DNA from: Schizochytrium sp. TIO01
Taxonomy: Eukaryota > Protista > Bigyra: Labyrinthulomycetes
Assembly: GCA_004764695.1 (NCBI GenBank)
Contig: SMSO01000035.1
Location: 310,001-374,000, forward strand
DNA length: 64,000 nucleotides
Direction: 5' to 3'
Part shown: piece after piece, positions 46,862 through 59,053 of the stretch
How positions within the stretch are numbered: the first letter of the stretch is position 1
Layout: every line of letters starts with the position of its first letter
Translations under genes and position numbers: made by a program
The notes under the pieces: model-generated
What the model saw: only the letters and a program-made list of their open reading frames with translations
The model's database searches: none
Told to the model about the DNA's origin: nothing

Positions 46862-47802
46862 GATTGGATTTGCTGGAGCACGTTCGGTGACAATGTATTC
46901 GCTTGAAAGAGTACATGCACAGCCAGAATGTCAGTACTATCTTCTAGCTAGAGAACAAACTAAGGCAACGGATCTCTTGTTCCAACTTTTTAATCTATTT
47001 TTTCCTTAATTTGGTCACAAATTCTCGAGAACTATGATGTGACAACCTTATAAATAAAGTTTTCGAAGGAAACTAATGCTAGTATCAGAGTTTATACTGT
47101 GAATGGATGCGCAAGGACGCCATGTGCAACGTCGGATACTTATCCCGATGTAGTTCGTTCCGGCACGGTTTGGAATAATAGAATTTGTTTATTTTTCTAA
47201 TATATATCATCACTGAATAGCCCTTCTGTTTATGCAGAGCGAAACAAAATTTCGGTCATATAAGAACGATTGGTCCATACTATCTTGAAGTAGATTCAAA
47301 GAGGTGCGCTGATTGCTTGCTTTTGGCCGCAATCATTATGATCCACATTGTTAACATTTAAACTGCACAAACCTTCCTTGTTACACAGATGCAATGGAAT
47401 CATACAATTTCAACAGAAACGACACTGGTTTACATTTAGCTATAAACGCTGGGGGGGATGGCTCGTTCAAGGCTATACCAAAGCCTCTGATCTACTGTAT
47501 GTATTGCAGAATAACTTCTCCTGTGAAGCGTGCAGAGGTAGTCTGACAAGGATGGCGAACTCAGGAGAAGAGAAAGAGGATGATATATGAGTTATTGGGG
47601 TTTCGGGTCTGGATACAGGCAGGGATGAATGTATGATGTCAGTCCATTACACAGGATGTGTCGGACATGAGAGTTTGGTTAGGTTAGGCTAAGTGAGGTT
47701 AGGCAGTAGCTGTATATTACTTCAATAGTATGCTAGCTGGTATGTGATGCATACTTGACGCCAAATTATCTTGGAATCCTCCGAAAAGCTGTGATTCTTT
47801 CT

Positions 47803-49275
47803 TTAATTAGTCGAGATAGATAATAAGTAGACTGCATATGTGGTGTTTGCAGCAGTCAAAATCAGTGTTATGAACGAAACTGTCTCCAAGAGGGAAGGGA
47901 ATCGAGGCTGTAATATAGTCAAACTCTCCCCAGATAAATAGTAAAGTAACCTTCGTTGAAGAAGATCTTGACCCATTTCAGCAACCAGTAAAATCATACC
48001 TCGAATGCAGTAGTAAGTTGGTGGGTACGTAGAGGTTAAACCTAAGGCTGAAACTGCTACAATAAGCCCCGCTGTACTAAAAATCACAAGCTTCTCACCT
48101 ATAGCTTCATGATGGGTATGAAGAATAAGCCTTTCACTTGATAGAATTGATCTAACTAGCAGCCATTCTTCTACAATTCCCTCATTGTCTGATTCACTGG
48201 TCGGTAAATTTTCTACTTTGCGTTTGAGAATCTTGGATATTTTGATATTTAATGCAGTCCCCAATATCTCAGTGATTATGTTCATTCCAATCGAGAAGAA
48301 AAAGGTATATGGAGAAGAGAGGTTAATGATTGCGAGTTGCCCAGCAAAATAAAAGTCTGTCTTTACCAGAATTGAGAAAAATGTCATTACCTCCCTGATC
48401 GAACCTTTCTCAAAGATCCTGAGCAGTAAGAAACTGAGGACATCCCCAACGATAAAACGACCAGCTAGTAAGGAGAGAAAAGGGTATAGAAGACCAGTTA
48501 TCAACCATTCAATTTTCCATGTTGCTGCTTTCGGAAATATATACGTGTATTCTAGAATGAGTATCTTTGCCAAAAGGCTTCCGCTTCCTACCGTTGCAGC
48601 AACAGCGAAGGTCCTTTTTTCATTCCATCCCTGTCCATTCAAAAGCTGGGCTATGTACACGACAATGGTTGAACTTATTGCGAATGCCGAGGAATAGTAA
48701 ATCAGGGCGGTGTGTGGGGTCCTGAGAAAATTATTAAACAAAGCTGGAATTATGAATCCGAAGGTTGTCACAATCTTCGTAAAGGCAATTACCAGTAAAG
48801 AAACACCTCGTAAGCCAAGCGTGTGGAATAAGCAAACTAGCGAAACAGAAAACGCTACAATTGCGAACGAGAATCCAATAGCTGGATTTTTCACCTCAGA
48901 TCCGCTGCTGGATAAATCTTGAATATATTGATTCAAAGAAAGGCTTGCACCAGACAATATCATAATTGGAAAAAGTAGGACTTCCCAATGTAGAAGATGC
49001 TTTATTTCAGCTTTCAGGGTTACGTATTCCGGTGCAAGTCTGTTTTTGAGCTGGACAATGCTTGCGGAACGAAAGCGCTGAGTTTGGTGCCTTCCATGTA
49101 GCTCGCTCTGGCTTGAAATATCCACGCTGGTACTTGTGCTCTTTTCATCTTTAGATTCTTTACAAGGCTTGTTGTTAGCTAGTTCCAAGTTATCTGAGAG
49201 CTGGACGTCAGAAATAACATGGTGCACACCTTCCACCAGGGAGTACGGGGTAACACGAGAAGGTGCTAGACTCAT
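47803..49275 (-). CDS. Uncharacterised multipass membrane protein, array member B (490 aa)
   Basis: First ATG at 49275 (MSLAPSRVTP). Motifs FRSASI, YPFLSLLAGRFIVGDVLSF, SILVKTDFY..GQ, ERLILHTHHEAIGEK, EMGQDLLQRR. Confidence 0.9.
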   Translation of the reverse strand: MSLAPSRVTPYSLVEGVHHVISDVQLSDNLELANNKPCKESKDEKSTSTSVDISSQSELHGRHQTQRFRSASIVQLKNRLAPEYVTLKAEIKHLLHWEVLLFPIMILSGASLSLNQYIQDLSSSGSEVKNPAIGFSFAIVAFSVSLVCLFHTLGLRGVSLLVIAFTKIVTTFGFIIPALFNNFLRTPHTALIYYSSAFAISSTIVVYIAQLLNGQGWNEKRTFAVAATVGSGSLLAKILILEYTYIFPKAATWKIEWLITGLLYPFLSLLAGRFIVGDVLSFLLLRIFEKGSIREVMTFFSILVKTDFYFAGQLAIINLSSPYTFFFSIGMNIITEILGTALNIKISKILKRKVENLPTSESDNEGIVEEWLLVRSILSSERLILHTHHEAIGEKLVIFSTAGLIVAVSALGLTSTYPPTYYCIRGMILLVAEMGQDLLQRRLLYYLSGESLTILQPRFPSLLETVSFITLILTAANTTYAVYLLSISTN

Positions 49276-51526
49276 TCTTGTCGAGGGCGGACACAACACG
49301 ATGGAATGTTCTTTGACAAAGGTTAATCATGAATCGCATTGAACAATCTGCCCTGATTGCAAAACAATATGATACTGCACAATAAGATGCAGTATTCTGC
49401 AATCTGGTACAATTACAAAAGGCAGCTCCCAAATCAATGTGATTAACAACCGAACTATTTTGCAATGTAAACGACGGTCTGAGGTTCGTGGTTTACAAGA
49501 GATTTCACCAGAAGGTTTGCATAGTTTGAGATATACATCATTTCTTAACGAAAGTTTACTTCATGGAATACAACAGGCTAAGCAATGATTACTATTCAGA
49601 ATAAACTGTGACTGGTACGCTAAGGAGACAAAACGATTAATCTCCCTTTCTGGTGCGCCTCCTTTCTTTGTCTTTTCTTGTTGCAATCCTTAGCTTCGTG
49701 ATAAACATGTACACTTTATTATGTTGCTTAAAGTGTTGTTGAAAGAAGCGAACCCGACATCAAGCATGGCTTTATAAAGGGATGAGAAAACTAGATGCAG
49801 CCTTCCTATGGAGGCTGCAATTTTTCCGTTGAAGGTGAGTTATGACGCCGCACCCAGTGTCCTATTACTACATTAGAAGCGGGCATGGTTGAACCGGCGT
49901 AGTAACAATTTTTTTTTTTAAGTGTGGTAGAATAGCTCCCATACTAGACCTAGCAGTAAGAGGAGCTTGACGAACAGTTCCAGTGGTTAAAGAGGGTAAA
50001 GTGCAACCCTTGCTCTGAATTAAAAATTAGGCAACAGGCAGTTTTTCTTTCTTTCTTTAATTAAGCAAGATTCTGCTTCAGCTCTTCAACTACATCCAAC
50101 CGTTGCTGGCTACTACAGACAAAAACAATAATATTTAAATTTTAAAAAATTAAAGAATAGCTTTTATTAATTTATTTATTTCCAAATTCGGGGCCGGTGG
50201 TTGAACTTGCGCATCTTGTCCACGAAGGGGAAAAGAATTATTTGGATAAGATCTTCCTTGTATCCGATTCGGTGTGATTTTTCTGACCAACTTTCTTTCT
50301 TGGCATAACGGAACCACCCAACTAAACGTCCCCGCAATGTTGATTTTCTACTGTCATAAGGTGTGCAGAATACTCAATGGAGACAGGTATCCGGAACTTC
50401 CCCGTAAATGGATAATAACAATGGAGAATGAGTGCCCATGTAGTGAATGACATTCTGAATTTCTACAAGAGCATTCGTGACACGAAGAACCACCAAAAAT
50501 TTGAGACTACCAGTTGTGTGGGTCACTACTACCTCGCTGACATTCTATTTTACAATGAGTAGTTTATCAGGATAGTAAACCGTGCTATGGCTCGTTTGTT
50601 CGAATACTTTCGGTAGTTGAAATTAAAGAGAAATCGCAGATTTCGCGGTCAACTATGCAACTTTTTGATTCGTGCTGGGTCACGACTCTGAAGTTGAGGC
50701 GATGTAATATGGCTCAACCTGTCAGAACATTTCACCAAATTCTATTTATAAAATTTTCATGTGTGTGGATCATTGCGAACATTCTGAATTAGCCCAAAGA
50801 TTATCACTCTTAATATTGGCCTGAATTAGAATCTTGATGAAACCATTGTAACATTTAAAGTTGGCTTTTCTAAGTACAGCATGTAAGGGTATAGGTCTTA
50901 CAATTTGCATTTTGTTTTTTTAACGAAAAAACGAAAAAAACGAAAAAGTGTTCAGAAAGAAAGAAATTTAAGTATCTGTAGAGTTTTGAAACATATTCTG
51001 AAGTGTAAACTGCTCGAGCAAAAAAACATACAACATACGAGTCTTTAGTTATTTCAACAAGCATCCAAAAACAATAGGCTATCTGGCGTAAAATATACTT
51101 TGCCGAGAACACCTATTGAAGAAATGTCTAATTACATATAACATGAGTTGTTGGGATTCCTACATACATATGGTCCGCAAGTGATGCTTGAGTGAACGTA
51201 TATTCATTATGTCCGGTAGCTATCATCGCTTGACATGTTTGGAAGAAACATGATTAGAACTTCCAAACATGATTAGAAATGGATAGAATGGAGCTCTGCA
51301 GAACCAGAACCAAAAACTGAAGATTTGAAAGAAAACCTAAAATACACAACTTTCTGAGAGATTTGCAATACCTTTCGCATCTCATAAATTAATCGAGACC
51401 TAACCTTTTCTCGAGATGCATGTTTAGGTCAGAAAATATTGTCTTTCAAGCATATGCTCTTTTAAGGTCTTCAACGTGCCACTGATACGCTCATAGAAAG
51501 ATTAAATCAATAGAACTAAGCTTGGC

Positions 51527-52975
51527 TTAGTCAAGTCGAAGTATGTTGAGAATCATCAATATAAACAGGAGCATCGCTACATTTTGGCGAGCATTTATGA
51601 GTTCTGGCAGGATTCCAGTTAGACTAAAGCCAGTGCAGCGGTAAAGAATCCTTCGTTGAACTAAGTCCTGGAAAACTTCGGTAACTAGAAGTATTATACC
51701 TCGATAACAAATTACAATCGGAGGTAGTTTGCTGCCTATATTTTGGGAGGTGATGGTCGTATTATTATTATTCTGAATTAAGTCTGGCAAAGAATTCAAT
51801 AATGCAACACAAGTTGACGCAACGATAACTAACTTTTCAGCAACAGCTTCATCGTGGCTGTGGAGTATGAGCCTTTCTTTTGTGACTGAAGCTCTTGTTG
51901 CGAGCCATCTCTCGAAAAAATTATCGCTATCTTCTTGCAGACAATTCGTTTCTGCTTTGAGTTTGATACGAATTGTCACTTGGATATTTACAAAAGTGCC
52001 AATAAGCTCAGCTATGCTTAAAATCGTGATTGACATAACGAAAGCATAATTCGACTGAATTAGTAAAATTGCAGTTTGACCTGGAAGGTAGAATGCAATC
52101 TTGACTAGTAGTGAATAATAGCTCAGAACAGCAGTTGCAGAACCCTCAGGAAAAGCGTATAGAAGAATAAAACTATAAATATCAGCGATGAGTAGTCGTC
52201 CAATCATTACTGAGACCATCGGGTAGACCACACCAGTCACAATCCATTCAAGAACCCACCAATCCAGTAGAGGTACTATATAAGCATATTCTTGAATAAA
52301 GAACGTTGATAACCCGGCGCCAAAGCCCATTAGAAATGCAACTTTGAAACCTTGCAAAAAATTTGACATGCAAGAAAACGAATTTTCTTGCACACGAGCA
52401 TTCAATTGATGTGCAACGAAAACATTCGCAACAACTGCTGCTAAGACAGTATGGGAGTATAATAGAATATTATAATGCATTACACTCCACGGATATCCAT
52501 GTTTGTGCGCTACAATCAACATTGAGAATGCAACTGTGAGCTTTACTATTGATGCAGCAGCAATATGAGACCACGCCAGGCGGAAATCTAACCAAGTTAT
52601 CACGATGGCTAGCGCATAAAGCAGAAAAGCAGCTCCGGAACTGAGTAACAGAATATTTGACTTGTCATGGCTTTTCAAAATTAAGAAAACCATATTATTG
52701 CAAAAGACGCCAAGGCATATTAGTACCGTGGATGGAATTAGCATCGCCTCCCATAGTAGAATATGTTTTACATCCTCCTGCCAGGTCACATTCTTCGGAG
52801 ATTGGTTTCCTATAGCCCGAAGACTCTGCGACCGGAAATTACGTGAGCGAAATGATGTTGATGAAGTGGCAATACTATATTTCCTTGATTCATAGTTGAG
52901 CTCATTGTTTTCCTGTGTAATGTCTTTAGCCTCTTCAATGACCAGCTCAGCTGGAAGTATGCGACTACCTCCCAT
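51527..52975 (-). CDS. Uncharacterised multipass membrane protein, array member C (482 aa)
   Basis: First ATG at 52975 (MGGSRILP). Motifs FRSQSL, GYPW, YPMVSVMIGRLLIADIYSF, SLLVKIAFY..GQ, ERLILHSHDEAVAEK, EVFQDLVQRR. Confidence 0.9.
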   Translation of the reverse strand: MGGSRILPAELVIEEAKDITQENNELNYESRKYSIATSSTSFRSRNFRSQSLRAIGNQSPKNVTWQEDVKHILLWEAMLIPSTVLICLGVFCNNMVFLILKSHDKSNILLLSSGAAFLLYALAIVITWLDFRLAWSHIAAASIVKLTVAFSMLIVAHKHGYPWSVMHYNILLYSHTVLAAVVANVFVAHQLNARVQENSFSCMSNFLQGFKVAFLMGFGAGLSTFFIQEYAYIVPLLDWWVLEWIVTGVVYPMVSVMIGRLLIADIYSFILLYAFPEGSATAVLSYYSLLVKIAFYLPGQTAILLIQSNYAFVMSITILSIAELIGTFVNIQVTIRIKLKAETNCLQEDSDNFFERWLATRASVTKERLILHSHDEAVAEKLVIVASTCVALLNSLPDLIQNNNNTTITSQNIGSKLPPIVICYRGIILLVTEVFQDLVQRRILYRCTGFSLTGILPELINARQNVAMLLFILMILNILRLD

Positions 52976-53849
52976 GCTGCAGCAAGGACACAAAAGCTTG
53001 CATGGCTTTTATCCACCTGAACAAGTTTTGAAGCTATAGCTGTTCTGTGCCCCTTGGAACTTGTTTGTGTCTCTATCTCAAAGAAAATAGAAGGTATAAC
53101 TCAGTTGCCCACATCTTGTGTTTAATATATCCGTTGAGCAATCTTTTGGCAATGTAGACTTTTATGACGGACACTTTTCAAAATAACCTTATAAGCCTAG
53201 GTATGACAATATTATAAAACCTAAATCCAAGGAAATTCATTAACTCTAACGTTTTGTCATTAAGTACTGAGTGTATAAGCTAATCAGCCTGCACATAGAT
53301 ATGCTTCCTCATCCTGCGTGAAACAAAATCGAAGACGAGATGAGATGCTTTTATTACTATTACTATTACCATTTAATTCATGGATGATCAATCTCCCAGT
53401 TCTGTCCAGCTGGTAAAGCGGTCATGAGCTCTTCGAGCAAAAACAGTGCTCCGGCTTCGTCCTTGCGATGTATTTTGCTGCGTGGCTTATTTCGATTTTC
53501 TTTATTTAAAGCAAATCATATTGGTTACGTGCATTATAGCTTTGGTAGTATTTCATAAAATTAAGAAAGTAATGAGCTGTGTTTAACAATACATGTATTT
53601 AGGAAATGTTATGATGATACTATGGAGACAAGGACTATCCGTGGTTGAATTGAGAAAAGCTGCTCGTACTTTTACAGAAAATTGCAAATCAAAGATTCAA
53701 AGAATCCCCAGGCTCTTTACATGAGCAAGATCCGCGTACCGTACCCGAGGTTCTGAATTTACGAATAAAGTTTCAACATGTGGAAACTCCAAACATCCAC
53801 TACGAACATTGTTAATTTGACTCAAAATCCAACGCAGAAGGCGATCGGT

Positions 53850-55232
53850 TCAACTATTTAATGCAGTCCTCGATAGGTTCTGTGCCATAAATATAACACA
53901 CGTATTACTGAGGTTCTGCATAAAGCTGAGCACGCGAGGCTGTCTTGCTGTCGCTGACAGACTCGCAACGCAATTTAATAGGCGCCGCTGGAGAAAGTCT
54001 TGGCAAAATTCTGCAAAGAGAAGGACAACTCCCCTGAGAAGTAAACTGTTGATGGTCAAATTTTCCGCGAGCTCTTTGTTAACTAAAAGGACGAGGCACG
54101 CTGCGAAAATAATAAGTTTTTCTCCAATAGCTTCATCAATCATATGCATAATTAAGCGTTGATTAGAAAACTCTGAGCGAACAGTACACCACTGGCCAAT
54201 CAAGGTGCTTTCTCCAAACCTTTCCTTGTACTTTGTAGAATTTCTTTGGAAATGACGCATCATGATGATGTTGATGTAGGTTCCGAAAAGTTCTGTGATG
54301 CTTGAAATTGTGATGGCAATATAAAAGGATGATGAAGACTTCACACGAAGAATAGAAATTTGTCCCGAAAAGTAAAAGCAAGTCTTAACGAGGATAGAGT
54401 AAAAGCTAAGTAAATCAGTGGTAGAGCCATGAGTAAAAACCGAGAGAACCATAAAGCTAAGCACGTCTGCAATCAGTAATCGACCAACCAACAAGGATAT
54501 TAAAGGGTATATTAAGCCCGTGACAAGCCACTCAAGAACCGATGAATCTAAATTTGAAGAAATGAAGGAATATTCGAGGATTAACAAAATCGAAGTCCAC
54601 GAGCTAGAAGCCATAAACGTAGCCTTTAGTAGACGATTGAAGGTACTGTCTGGCTCTCCTGCTAAAATCTGAGCAACGAACAGATTACATCCGGATGCTG
54701 CGGCAAATGTAATGGCCAAGTAAAGGAAATTCCAATGTGAGCTCCATGGAAACCCTTGAGATATTGCAATCCCAATGAACGAAATGAAGCAAACAATTTT
54801 GCTGAAAATGATCCAAAAAATTGGTAACCACCCAACTTCGAAATTTCGATACATTGTGATGGATGTTAAAGAAAAACACAAGTATCCTATTGTGTAAAAT
54901 AGCAGTCGAGCATCAAAGGGCCACATATCTCGTAGTTGTTGCAGTGTGAAAGCCATCAGAATATTCATTGCAACAATAAGTATGCTCGAAGGGAGGAGGC
55001 ACAGTTCCCAACGAATCAAATTTTCTAAATCTTGAGTCCATGTTGTTGTCTGGATTGCTCTTTTTCCAAGCTCTACTAAGCTTTGTGATTTAAAAAACCT
55101 TGCACTTGCAGCGGGTGTTTCTGATTCATCACGCTTTGAAGATGTCCTACACACGGGACAACGATGGGCACTAGCTTCGATAATTGATGCATTAGCTTCT
55201 GGAGCAGGTGAAACTTGTGCAGAACTGCCCAT
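53850..55232 (-). CDS. Uncharacterised multipass membrane protein, array member D (460 aa)
   Basis: First ATG at 55232 (MGSSAQVSP). Motifs FKSQSL, GFPW, YPLISLLVGRLLIADVLSF, SILVKTCFY..GQ, QRLIMHMIDEAIGEK, EFCQDFLQRR. Confidence 0.9.
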   Translation of the reverse strand: MGSSAQVSPAPEANASIIEASAHRCPVCRTSSKRDESETPAASARFFKSQSLVELGKRAIQTTTWTQDLENLIRWELCLLPSSILIVAMNILMAFTLQQLRDMWPFDARLLFYTIGYLCFSLTSITMYRNFEVGWLPIFWIIFSKIVCFISFIGIAISQGFPWSSHWNFLYLAITFAAASGCNLFVAQILAGEPDSTFNRLLKATFMASSSWTSILLILEYSFISSNLDSSVLEWLVTGLIYPLISLLVGRLLIADVLSFMVLSVFTHGSTTDLLSFYSILVKTCFYFSGQISILRVKSSSSFYIAITISSITELFGTYINIIMMRHFQRNSTKYKERFGESTLIGQWCTVRSEFSNQRLIMHMIDEAIGEKLIIFAACLVLLVNKELAENLTINSLLLRGVVLLFAEFCQDFLQRRLLNCVASLSATARQPRVLSFMQNLSNTCVIFMAQNLSRTALNS

Positions 55233-55480
55233 GGTCAAGTTGGGGATTTGCTTTTGCTGCACCACGGACACATCATTTACCAAGTGTAAACTTCGCCCTT
55301 GTATACCATGAAGGCACTTATCACCGGCCCTTGTAAATCTTTGAATAAAGCACAGCGATAGTACCAAAATTCGCCATCAGGAACTTCCGGTTGCCGTAAT
55401 ATGGAATGTTCTCTATTTATTTTTTTAAACTAAAATGTTCTTTTTGAAGATCCGTTACCTTGAAGGTACCGCCGCCGGGT

Positions 55481-55501
55481 GGGTGCGAAAGTTTCGCACC
55501 C
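55481..55501. repeat. Perfect 10-bp inverted repeat with 1-nt spacer (GGGTGCGAAA-G-TTTCGCACCC)
   Basis: The arms are exact reverse complements. Lies about 250 bp upstream of member D. Confidence 0.85.
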
Positions 55502-56151
55502 GGTCAGGGATTCTTTTACCTTTAACTGCTACCTAATCCATACCATTGCGATCTAGTAAGTTGAATCTTCAGGAGATACAGTGTGCTGTTGCCTCGTTTG
55601 CGTACTTTATATACTACCTGTGCGAAGGGTAAATGGGATAAATTTATCCTCTCGTTGGTATAGGTTATATAGACCTGCAGTAGAAGTCAACTGTTACAGA
55701 AGGAGACCCAACAGACCCTTGCCTAGACCTTGAAAAAGATACAGTATTATTAAAGTCATTTACACGTAGGAATTTTCGGGGGGATCCATATTTTCTGGTA
55801 TCTAGTCAAGTTCATTTTGCCAATTAATCAAAAAGGTAGAAGCCCAAAGCAAAATGAAAGACCATCAAGGCTTCAAGCAAGGTTTCGAGCGTTAGTCTTT
55901 ATATGAAATGCAACAAGAACATCTCACGTAATCAGATTTCATTTCAATCCTTAAAAAAAGTTCGAACTAGTAGATTTAAAAAACGTATTATTGTTAAGGA
56001 AGTTTTGTACCGGCTACTCTAATTATATCGGCAAATGCTGCTTTTGCTGTGCTTTCCATATTTGACAACATAATGTACCACAATAAATATTAGGAGAGCT
56101 TGGGTGTTTTCTAAAACTCTTCGAGACAATATAACCTTTACAATTTGAGCG

Positions 56152-57513
56152 CTATCGCGATTGTTGCGTAGCGGCCACAAAAAGGCTGCGCGCCATAAAA
56201 ATGACACAAATATTACACACATTCTCTCGAAGTGAGAGAAATTTAGGAACCATAGCGGTAACGGTAAGGCCGGCAACTTTTTGCATAAGTCTACGCTGTG
56301 TAAGATCCTGGAAAAACTCAACCACAATTGTAACAACACCCCGAAGTACAACTGAAGTCATATCCTTGTCAACCGCAGATCTGTATACATCAAGTATAAG
56401 GAGAAGAGATGCTGAGTAGATCACAAGCTTTTCCCCTATAGATTCGTCATGCGTGTGCATAACAAGACGTTGCTCAGCATATTTCGTTCGTGTAGCCAAC
56501 CACTGAGCAAAAAATCCGTCAATGTTTAATGTATCCTCATACTTTCTTGCTGCTGACTTGAAAAACATTGTAAGTTTGCAGTTAATGTACACTCCGAGAA
56601 GCTCGGTTAGGCTTGTGACGGCTAATGCTATGACGAAGGAGTAAGATGAAGTCACGTTCAAGATGGAAACTTGGCCTGCAAAGTAGAAGTTGCTCTTTAC
56701 AAGAATTGTGTAAAAACTCATCAAATCTATGACAGAGCCTTCTGGAAACGTTGAAAGTACCATGAAACTTAACAAATCAGCAACGAGTAGACGACCTAGA
56801 AAGAGTGAAGCAAAAGGGTAGGCTAGCCCTGTTACTAACCATTCTAGCATCCACCCATTTAAATGTGTTGTCATATAAGCGTATTCCATCACAACAAAGC
56901 ACGATGCGAATGATGAACCTAAAGTCAGCACCATTTTAAAAACCATGCTTTTCCAACTTTGAGGTAGACCTGCAAATCCTTGAGCGACTTGAAGATTTAA
57001 AGCTGCTGGCACACAAAAGGCAACGCCTAGAAAAATTTTATCTGTATGCCCTTGCCACGGGAAGCCCTCAATTACTCCAAAAGCTACGATGCCAATGTAT
57101 GAGCCATACTCTACAGCTATGATGCACACTAATATATACCAAGGAATTTGTAAACCTATGTACATATAAAGCATGGTTATCGAAAAACAGATAAAGCCAA
57201 ATGAGAAATGAGTTAAGACAAATTGATCAGCCCATAGGTTTTGCAAGGCACTCTGCATAAGGCCATACAGTGCTACACATGCACAGATTATCAAGATTGA
57301 GGGAATGAGTTTAATCTCCCAGGCTAAGAGATTCAAAATCTCATGTTTCCATGTTGCATGTATCTTAATTCTCTCTCCAAGAGCTACCAAGCTACTGGAC
57401 CGAATAAATCGTTCACTGACTGTGCGACTTAATTGGGTTGACTTTGGTTGCAAGACGTACTCCCTTTCTAATGGATCTCCTTCTGAGGTCGGTGAAACGC
57501 GCGACGACTGCAT
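56152..57513 (-). CDS. Uncharacterised multipass membrane protein, array member E (453 aa)
   Basis: Starts MQSSRVSP. Motifs FIRSSSL, GFPW, YPFASLFLGRLLVADLLSF, TILVKSNFY..GQ, QRLVMHTHDESIGEK, EFFQDLTQRR. Confidence 0.9.
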   Translation of the reverse strand: MQSSRVSPTSEGDPLEREYVLQPKSTQLSRTVSERFIRSSSLVALGERIKIHATWKHEILNLLAWEIKLIPSILIICACVALYGLMQSALQNLWADQFVLTHFSFGFICFSITMLYMYIGLQIPWYILVCIIAVEYGSYIGIVAFGVIEGFPWQGHTDKIFLGVAFCVPAALNLQVAQGFAGLPQSWKSMVFKMVLTLGSSFASCFVVMEYAYMTTHLNGWMLEWLVTGLAYPFASLFLGRLLVADLLSFMVLSTFPEGSVIDLMSFYTILVKSNFYFAGQVSILNVTSSYSFVIALAVTSLTELLGVYINCKLTMFFKSAARKYEDTLNIDGFFAQWLATRTKYAEQRLVMHTHDESIGEKLVIYSASLLLILDVYRSAVDKDMTSVVLRGVVTIVVEFFQDLTQRRLMQKVAGLTVTAMVPKFLSLRENVCNICVIFMARSLFVAATQQSR

Positions 57514-59053
57514 TGCTTGTGCATTGCAAAAAACAGTGAAAAGGTAAAGGAGATCTTGGTATTGCTGCTGTCTATTTCACCATTCGAACCCTTTCTTGCG
57601 TCAGAAAACATTAATAGGCAATAAAATACAACATTAAGGCTTACTCTTACGCAGAGAGAGTGTGCCTACTAGTACCTCCTTTTACTTCCAAGCAAACAAT
57701 CAACGGATCACTTGCTTTGAAGACATCTTACAATGTATCTATCCAAAAACGTAGAGACCAACTTGCTGGTCTGCCACGCTACCCCAGGCCGTATTCAGAT
57801 TTTCTTTAAAACTCGAGCCACTTAATACTACAGGAATGTCTTTGGCGAGTCAATTTTTTCCGCTGTGAACTTGCAATCATACAGATTCTCCCCCAACAGC
57901 GATGCAGAGACTTAAAATAATATGTTAGTCGTTATTTCTGTCATGATTGCAAAAAAGGAGCGTAGTCTGAGGACATTTTGAGTTGAGGAAGTTTCCCCTG
58001 CTTACTAGACCATGCTGGCGAATCCCTCACTAGAAAAAGTAGAACCGGTTGGAACTCCACTATCAAGAAGTAGTCTGAGTGAGAATGCTGCATGATGCAT
58101 GTTAGGCAACACAATACCATTGAAATTAATACCAGCATGAGGTTCTCAGGAATAGTTGTTTCCGTTACATAACTCTTCAACCTTTTACACAAGGACAATT
58201 GATCACAAGTGTAAAAAAAACTAGTGGGAGGAAAGTCAATGCCAACTGAGCCCGGGCCAGGAACGAATCAACGATCACCAACTTGCTATAACTTGTGAAG
58301 CCTGATGGAGAAGAGGCTTTATCTTAGAAACCTAGGTAAAACTCAACCTCAAGCGAGAAGTTGTTACACTACCACTGTTGCATACAGTACATGAATGCCT
58401 TTGGCAATGTCTTTGTGTGCGTTTTGCGGACTTGGAAGATTACACACTCAATCAATTTTGAATATGTTACCGTTTTTACCCATCAGTCAACTCGTTCTTA
58501 TTAATTAGCTTGTATTTAAAGAAATAATTAACTTTTAAAAAAAAATCGAAACCCTAAAATAGTTGTTAGTTGCTCACCTCGGCATTTTTGGGCAAACGCC
58601 GGGCAGTCCTCAGCATAGGCGACGGATATTGTAATTTAATCGGAAGACGAGTGAAATTTGATATTTATAAGAACCATTTAGTGACTAAAGATAATTTACA
58701 CAGAGTACTTTAAACCAACAGTTTGAGACGGCAGCCTGCCGATAGCATCATGTACGCGTATTTAGTTTCTGCTTCAATTTGTCGAATGGAAACATCTACA
58801 ATAGTAACAACTGCGATGAAGCATGCACAGGATATTATTAAATAGTGACGAGCTGCTGCATTCTATACTCAATCGTGCAAACAATCTCGATCCTTATTTT
58901 GCCGTACGTGTAAACAACGCAGATACATATCCCTCAATGAAAACTTGAGGTAATCTTCTTTTGACAACAATAACTATTTTCTCAGAGTATGTGATTTTCT
59001 AAACTTTGTGGAAATATAAGTTGTTGTTTGCACGTACAGAAGGTTAATGCTAT

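Noticed and set aside
49796-49825. Hairpin TGCAGCCT...AGGCTGCA followed by a T-run, resembling a rho-independent terminator
   Set aside because: The context is eukaryotic nuclear DNA, no gene ends here on the + strand, and an 8-bp stem is expected by chance in 64 kb.
52976-52993. Cys-rich 'MCPCCS' palmitoylation-like N-terminus of array member C
   Set aside because: It depends on a TTG start. The first ATG is at 52975, and there is an in-frame stop just upstream with no ATG in between.
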